Of a stretch of 50,504 nt of DNA, positions 45,338-50,504 are shown in pieces. The notes below the pieces were generated by a model, which had not been told where the DNA came from, did no database searches, and worked only from the letters and a program-made list of their open reading frames with translations. The position numbers and the translations under genes were made by a program. The DNA lies in IMG/VR virus record IMGVR_UViG_3300005526_000012, positions 1 to 50,504 of that record; one strand, given 5' to 3'. This DNA comes from a virus (Duplodnaviria > Caudoviricetes). Position 1 is the first letter of the stretch; each line of letters begins with the position of its first letter.

Positions 45338-45652
45338 TTATTTAGGCTTCTCTATTATTTGAATATCAGTGTTCAGTTCCTTGGTTGCTTCTTCACTGGG
45401 GAGGACTGCCATCATCCCCTTTGTAAGAGATGACTTTCTAAAGAAAACAACCAAGGTAACTGAACTAACTACCATACCAGAACCTATTGAAACAGCCCAC
45501 GACTTCGTGGAAACTAGGGAAGTGCCACATACAAAAAGAAAACTGGATATGGCACTAAACCCTAGCTGAAATAGAAATGTCATCCATGTTTGCACTTTCT
45601 TTGCTTTATATATTCCTATAATAAGCGAAGCTAGTGCATTCATGGGGTCCAT
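45338..45652 (-). CDS. Two-TM membrane protein (holin-like)
   Basis: Hydrophobic helices. Confidence 0.55.
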   Translation of the reverse strand: MDPMNALASLIIGIYKAKKVQTWMTFLFQLGFSAISSFLFVCGTSLVSTKSWAVSIGSGMVVSSVTLVVFFRKSSLTKGMMAVLPSEEATKELNTDIQIIEKPK

Positions 45653-45655
45653 TGA

Positions 45656-45886
45656 TTATTTTCCGCCTTGATCGACCATAACCGGAGATGGTGCCAAACC
45701 TTTCAGAATGGCATAAACTCCAGCAATAGCAAGTCCCAAAGCAGGATGTGCGCTAAGCGCAACTTTGATTGGTCCATCAAACATACCAATCATTGTTAAT
45801 GCTAGCGTCACAATCGTTGGAACCCATTTCTTCATAAATTGATCCACTTTCTTCTCCCCTTGTTCTGTATTCCTACCGCAGAACAT
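45656..45886 (-). CDS. Two-TM membrane protein (holin-like)
   Basis: Hydrophobic helices; real start likely downstream of 45886. Confidence 0.55.
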   Translation of the reverse strand: MFCGRNTEQGEKKVDQFMKKWVPTIVTLALTMIGMFDGPIKVALSAHPALGLAIAGVYAILKGLAPSPVMVDQGGK

Positions 45887-45897
45887 GAGGGGGGAAC

Positions 45898-47637
45898 TTA
45901 GTAACCCGCGCTATTTTTTGCACGGCGTAGAAACTTTTGCTTCTGAGACTTCAGAATATCATTGACTTCTGTATCCGTTAGGGCGTCCATGTTAAACGTT
46001 TGTACCGCATAACCCAAAACGTCTAAAACGTCTCGCGTTGGCGAGTAGGGATATTCAAGATATTCTTTAACAAATTGCTCGTGGCCGATTCTATTACAGT
46101 AAAACTCACCCCTACTAAACATAGGCTCAAGAGAATCAATTCTTTGAATCTTTGCATCTTTTGAATTATCCTTCTTGAACTCTTTAATCTCATTAAACGT
46201 CCACTTTCCGGCTTTCTTATTTAATTCAGAGATAACAGTAAAGTGATATTTAATCCACTTCTGTGCTCCTACTGTTTCCATCCAAGGATCTTTAATTTTC
46301 CATTTCTCACCAAACTTAAACATCTGCTGAACTAAATCTTCGTAAGAACTATTTTCCGCATACAGATCGAGTAAATACACTCTAAAAGGAATCTCAATAG
46401 TATAACCAAGTACAATAAGCGCGTGACGGGATCTACCTTCAGTACCAGCGTGATTAGGATCAAGTAACATAACACGCTGTAAATGGCTAGGAAATAAATT
46501 TTTGAGAACCTTCCCGTTTTTAACTTCATGTACTATCTGTACTCTCTTATCAGTTTTATCTACCGCTTGATAAGTGAAGTAGTTGAGATAACTATCCTTA
46601 AATTTAGTATCTCCAGGAGGAGTAGGACTATTAAGAAATTGGCAACTGAAAAAGTAAGAGCCAAGACGCGCCTTCCACCTATCGAGTTTCTTCCAGCTAA
46701 ACTCATCTGGAAACAATATTTTACCAGCAGGGTGTTTGTCACAGCATCCACCAATAGCACTATGAGTAGTAATTCTAAAGTATGGTTCATTCTTTCTGAT
46801 CCAGTAGTTTAAATCTTTGTAACTCCATCTATTACCGATAACTATCTCATCGTTATCAGCTTCTGGATCGTTTGGATCGCTATCAAAAGCTCCAACTAAA
46901 AGCTTATGATAATCAATCGTTCCCTGCATCGTTACTTCTGATTCTAAAGCTTCCTTACCCACTAAATCATCTTGAATAACCCTAGTATAATGTCGGCTTT
47001 GAAGGGCTGTACCGACCGATAGATAATCAAACGTTCCTTCTCCGTCAGTGGTCTTCCCAGATCTTTTGTGAGTCTTGGTAGTAACTGACCAATTACAACT
47101 CCCATCTGGTTTAATTTCTGGATACAGGTGCAAGAAGAATTGATTATTTTCATAATGATTATCTATTCTTACACCGAGCTTACCAATGTTCTCTTTATTT
47201 TCTGATACAAGTAAGGTTCTAGTATCCCTATCATGGGATTTATACATCCATTTAATCCACTCATCACTATAACCCAATGCTCGCATGAGCAATTCATCTT
47301 CGTACGTGAATGGCAGACCCCAAAATATAGGAGCTGATTCTGAACCGATAGTTGATTTAAAATGGTCACGTGGCCACTCTATAATCTCTTTAAGATGTTC
47401 TGACTCAAAAATCTCACAGAGTTCTCTGTGTAAATACTCTCTTAATCTGTTGCGCCTAAGTATAACCTTAGCAAAATAATAATGAGAACCGAAGCCATTA
47501 AGCCGATGAGCTTGGTATGCGGCTTTGGCCGATAATCCGGTTGGATCAATGAGCGTCCAATGTTGCGCCCAGCTTTTGGATAGCGTTGGGGCAAGATTAT
47601 CTATCTCCCTTCCAAGTTCATCTAAAATTTCAGTCAT
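45898..47637 (-). CDS. terL: Terminase large subunit
   Basis: Walker A-like PRDHFKST, SRHY-VIQDDLV, IGNRW, nuclease LDP...E...DVLDVLGY. Confidence 0.92.
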   Translation of the reverse strand: MTEILDELGREIDNLAPTLSKSWAQHWTLIDPTGLSAKAAYQAHRLNGFGSHYYFAKVILRRNRLREYLHRELCEIFESEHLKEIIEWPRDHFKSTIGSESAPIFWGLPFTYEDELLMRALGYSDEWIKWMYKSHDRDTRTLLVSENKENIGKLGVRIDNHYENNQFFLHLYPEIKPDGSCNWSVTTKTHKRSGKTTDGEGTFDYLSVGTALQSRHYTRVIQDDLVGKEALESEVTMQGTIDYHKLLVGAFDSDPNDPEADNDEIVIGNRWSYKDLNYWIRKNEPYFRITTHSAIGGCCDKHPAGKILFPDEFSWKKLDRWKARLGSYFFSCQFLNSPTPPGDTKFKDSYLNYFTYQAVDKTDKRVQIVHEVKNGKVLKNLFPSHLQRVMLLDPNHAGTEGRSRHALIVLGYTIEIPFRVYLLDLYAENSSYEDLVQQMFKFGEKWKIKDPWMETVGAQKWIKYHFTVISELNKKAGKWTFNEIKEFKKDNSKDAKIQRIDSLEPMFSRGEFYCNRIGHEQFVKEYLEYPYSPTRDVLDVLGYAVQTFNMDALTDTEVNDILKSQKQKFLRRAKNSAGY

Positions 47638-47825
47638 GCTAGGTTAACTATTCTATCTCGTGGTTTAGGAACATCACCGGGCTTAATAGTCTGAATCTTA
47701 TACTTCTGTTGAACTTTGTGTGCTTGATGCTTGTTAATATTATCAGCTGTTTTAGGAGTAAATCCATCGTGCTTTTTAGCTGAACCTCTTATATAAATAT
47801 CAGGATTTTTTATATCATCACTCAT
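47634..47825 (-). CDS. Small basic protein
   Basis: ATGA coupling to terL. Confidence 0.5.
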   Translation of the reverse strand: MSDDIKNPDIYIRGSAKKHDGFTPKTADNINKHQAHKVQQKYKIQTIKPGDVPKPRDRIVNLA

Positions 47826-48081
47826 AATCTATCCTAAAATTAAGGTCCATTTTTGGCCGCTTCCCGTTTTTTACGGGAGACGGGTTTTGCTTGATCCCTT
47901 GTCCCGCAACGACTGACGAACATATTACACTAATCTTATACTGGTGGAGAAGGTTATTAAGCTGCGGGCTTAATGGTCGTAGGATGTGGACCCGTCTCCC
48001 GAACTGAACCACAGAGCCTACACTTATTAAGTTTACGACTTTAATAACCTTCCCCATACTCGGGAGGTCGGTTCCAACTTT

Positions 48082-48624
48082 TTATTGCGTACTTTCACTA
48101 ACCGGGGGAGAATCTATAGTTACTTCAGCCGCTGGCTGATTACTAGCTTTCGCTTTATGAAGCGCTGAAATTAGTTCGCTAGCAACTTCGTTATCTTTAG
48201 GCGTAGCCTTTTCGTCTTGTGATCCTGTAGGCAGACCAATTCTACTAACCTTGGCATGAACACCGTGCCGGTCAAGTAGTTCTTTAGAAGCTTCAAATTG
48301 TAATTTTTGGTCTACTCTCTGAGTAGCTAATCTTAGAAGGTTTTCTAAGGCGACGGGTACGGAGCGAGATAACATCTTCCGCTGATATTCAAAACTTAAT
48401 TGTACGTCTTCGTCCGCTTGAGAAAGAACGCCTGAAAGGTATTCTTGCTGGATAACTTGGAATATCTTTGTCTTCTTTAAAAGGGAATAAGAAGTCTGAC
48501 TCATTCCAATATGGGCAGCTATTTCTTTGTCCATCATACCTAAATTAAGCATCTGCAATCTGCAAGCAATTCTTATCTTGTCGATTGTCTTACTATGATG
48601 CTTGCCTTTGGCCGAGAACGACAT
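48082..48624 (-). CDS. Probable terminase small subunit
   Basis: N-terminal HTH (DKEIAAHIGMSQTSYS), ASKELLDRHG; upstream of terL. Confidence 0.65.
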   Translation of the reverse strand: MSFSAKGKHHSKTIDKIRIACRLQMLNLGMMDKEIAAHIGMSQTSYSLLKKTKIFQVIQQEYLSGVLSQADEDVQLSFEYQRKMLSRSVPVALENLLRLATQRVDQKLQFEASKELLDRHGVHAKVSRIGLPTGSQDEKATPKDNEVASELISALHKAKASNQPAAEVTIDSPPVSESTQ

Positions 48625-48696
48625 TAGATCTTATCCCCTTTTATATTACTCTTGGCGTTGCTTTGGTATCTCAACTCTCCGGATGATCCATTTATT

Positions 48697-48939
48697 TTAA
48701 TCAGCAGCATTTAACTCTTGCTGCGCATCTTGCACCTCCAAAGTTATATTACCATCTTCATTCTGCTTAGTAATAACTTGTGGATGCCACTTCGAGAAAT
48801 GTTCGTAAAGGGCGCTAACTACGTTACGCTTCGCTATATTAATATCCGGTTTTACTACGTCCGAATCCAATCCCTTTGGTAGAACGTCGGTAGTTTTTTT
48901 CCGGGTTTTCCTAACATAATGCCGCATATCGTGTAGCAC
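48697..48939 (-). CDS. Hypothetical protein
   Basis: First ORF of the late strand. Confidence 0.5.
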   Translation of the reverse strand: MLHDMRHYVRKTRKKTTDVLPKGLDSDVVKPDINIAKRNVVSALYEHFSKWHPQVITKQNEDGNITLEVQDAQQELNAAD

Positions 48940-49653
48940 CCTTTATGAACACTGACCCAATCTCACTTTAAGCCAGCCTGCTTAACCTGAGAGGGTACAA
49001 CTTTGTAATAAGTATGGGCGTTTACTTATGATAGCGCAAGCTTAATGTTACTAAAGTTTCACTTCGTTTTCTTCACTTTACAGCATAGCTGTGTACATAG
49101 TGTAAGCTTCAGTGTAAACTGGTGACACCCTTTCATCTTATTATTACTCTGCTTCGCAATTATCATGATTAGTATTGTTAGCGTAGCTAAGATTAATGAT
49201 GTATGTATACATAGTGATATAAAATCAGAAAATTATAAAAAATTAGTTAGGTTATCCCCCAGTCGAGTAAAATTTTCACGCTATATAAGCCCCGGCCTTT
49301 GTTTTCATAGAGATAGGATCTCCCTTGCGAGTAGATTATACACGCTAGCGAGTAAGATTTACCACATACTTTAAGCTTATGTGTATGATTCTAAAGGACT
49401 TAAGGTTTGGCAAGCGCCTTGCTATAGTAAGGGTGCGGATTTGGTTCCGCGAGAAAAAATTCGGGCTGCAATATAATGGGCCGGAGTAGTGTGTGCCTCA
49501 GTGCATGTAGACGGCTATTACCGTCGAAGGTAACCGGGCGTGTCACACGATACAGCGAACGCGCTACTCTAATACCGATCATACTACGGATTAGTATACC
49601 ACTGATATCTTCCGCATCTTGCGCCTAGATTCTATATCCGAAAGGGATAAAAT

Positions 49654-50077
49654 CATGGCAGACTTGAACGGTAAGACTCCTGAACAGATTGCAGCGGAGA
49701 TTATGGAAGCCGCGAACAAACCTGTTCTAATCGAGATCAACGGAGTTGCTGGCCAGAATCTTGTTACGCTGCTGAAATACAAGCACGCGAAACAGATTTA
49801 CAGCAAGGGCGAAAAGTGGTTCAACGATAATCTTGAGTTTCTCAAAACTCAGCTCATCGAAGCCACAATCGAATCTCAGTACGATCAACGCAAGAAACAA
49901 GATGCTGCACAGGATGAGAAGGATAAGAGGGATTATGTTAATCTTCTCATCTCACGCGGTGTCAACCGTTTTACTGCAATGGAGATGGCTGGTCTTATCT
50001 CCAAAGCAGACGTGGAAGCCGCACAGAAGTTGGAAGCCGAGCAGAAGAAAAAGCAGGAAGCTCTGGCAAAGAAGTAA
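49654..50077 (+). CDS. Hypothetical helical protein
   Basis: ATG at 49654 behind AAGGGA preferred over 49619. Confidence 0.75.
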
Positions 50078-50119
50078 AACAATCAAACCAACTAGGCGCA
50101 AAATGGGGAGGATATCAAT

Positions 50120-50323
50120 ATGGCGCTATTAACACCTAGCGGCAAAATCATATTCGGCCGTCAGCGTAATGCTAACGCGGATATGACGGGCATCAAAGCT
50201 GCTAAAAAGCCCAAGTTTATCTTCGACAGGTCAAAAGAAGAAAAACGTGAGCTTAATCGGCTAGCGAGATTAGAAGCTAAATTACGTATGCGGAAAGATA
50301 TTGATAAATTAATAGGGAGATAA
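50120..50323 (+). CDS. Small basic protein
   Basis: GGAGG RBS. Confidence 0.6.
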   Translation: MALLTPSGKIIFGRQRNANADMTGIKAAKKPKFIFDRSKEEKRELNRLARLEAKLRMRKDIDKLIGR

Positions 50324-50457
50324 CAATCTCCCACGCCTTATTTTTTGGATTGCATCGCGGTTCAAAGATGCTCCCCCTTTTATTTTTGTACGGAAGTTCG
50401 TTAGAATCAGTAATTTACAAAAGGGAGAGAGATGAAACTCGAATGCCACCCCCTACC

Positions 50458-50504
<47 letters not shown>

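Noticed and set aside
3531-47479. Many short antisense or off-frame ORFs in the track
   Set aside because: Nested in well-supported genes, lacking RBS and motifs; treated as shadows

Overview
The window looks like a complete or near-complete ~50.5 kb tailed dsDNA phage genome of podovirus-type architecture. The two ends overlap through a poly(T) tract, so it is probably circular or terminally redundant. The + strand (49.6 kb through the end, then 0.2-20.5 kb) carries early, recombination and replication genes: many small ORFs, a J-domain protein, a vWA protein, an FtsK-like motor, an RHH regulator, a PD-(D/E)XK nuclease/Sak4-like ATPase/SSB module, a family A DNA polymerase split into two genes, a DUF3987-like ATPase, MazG, a GroES homologue and two Tad1/Acb2-like sponge candidates. 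The - strand (48.9 to 20.5 kb) carries terminase, portal, scaffold, major capsid, tail/adaptor/ejection proteins, a PurD-like ATP-grasp ligase and a Tlde1-like enzyme. I could not recognise an integrase, primase, RNA polymerase, tape measure, tRNA or CRISPR array, and I cannot assign the host. The most unusual signals are three tail-module proteins with Sec-type signal peptides and paired cysteines, a GroES with a DnaJ-type zinc finger in its mobile loop, a stand-alone HisKA-like domain, a structured non-coding RNA candidate, and a recurring AAAAGGAGCCTA motif with an antisense copy in a hairpin loop. All family calls come from motifs recognised by eye; no searches were run.
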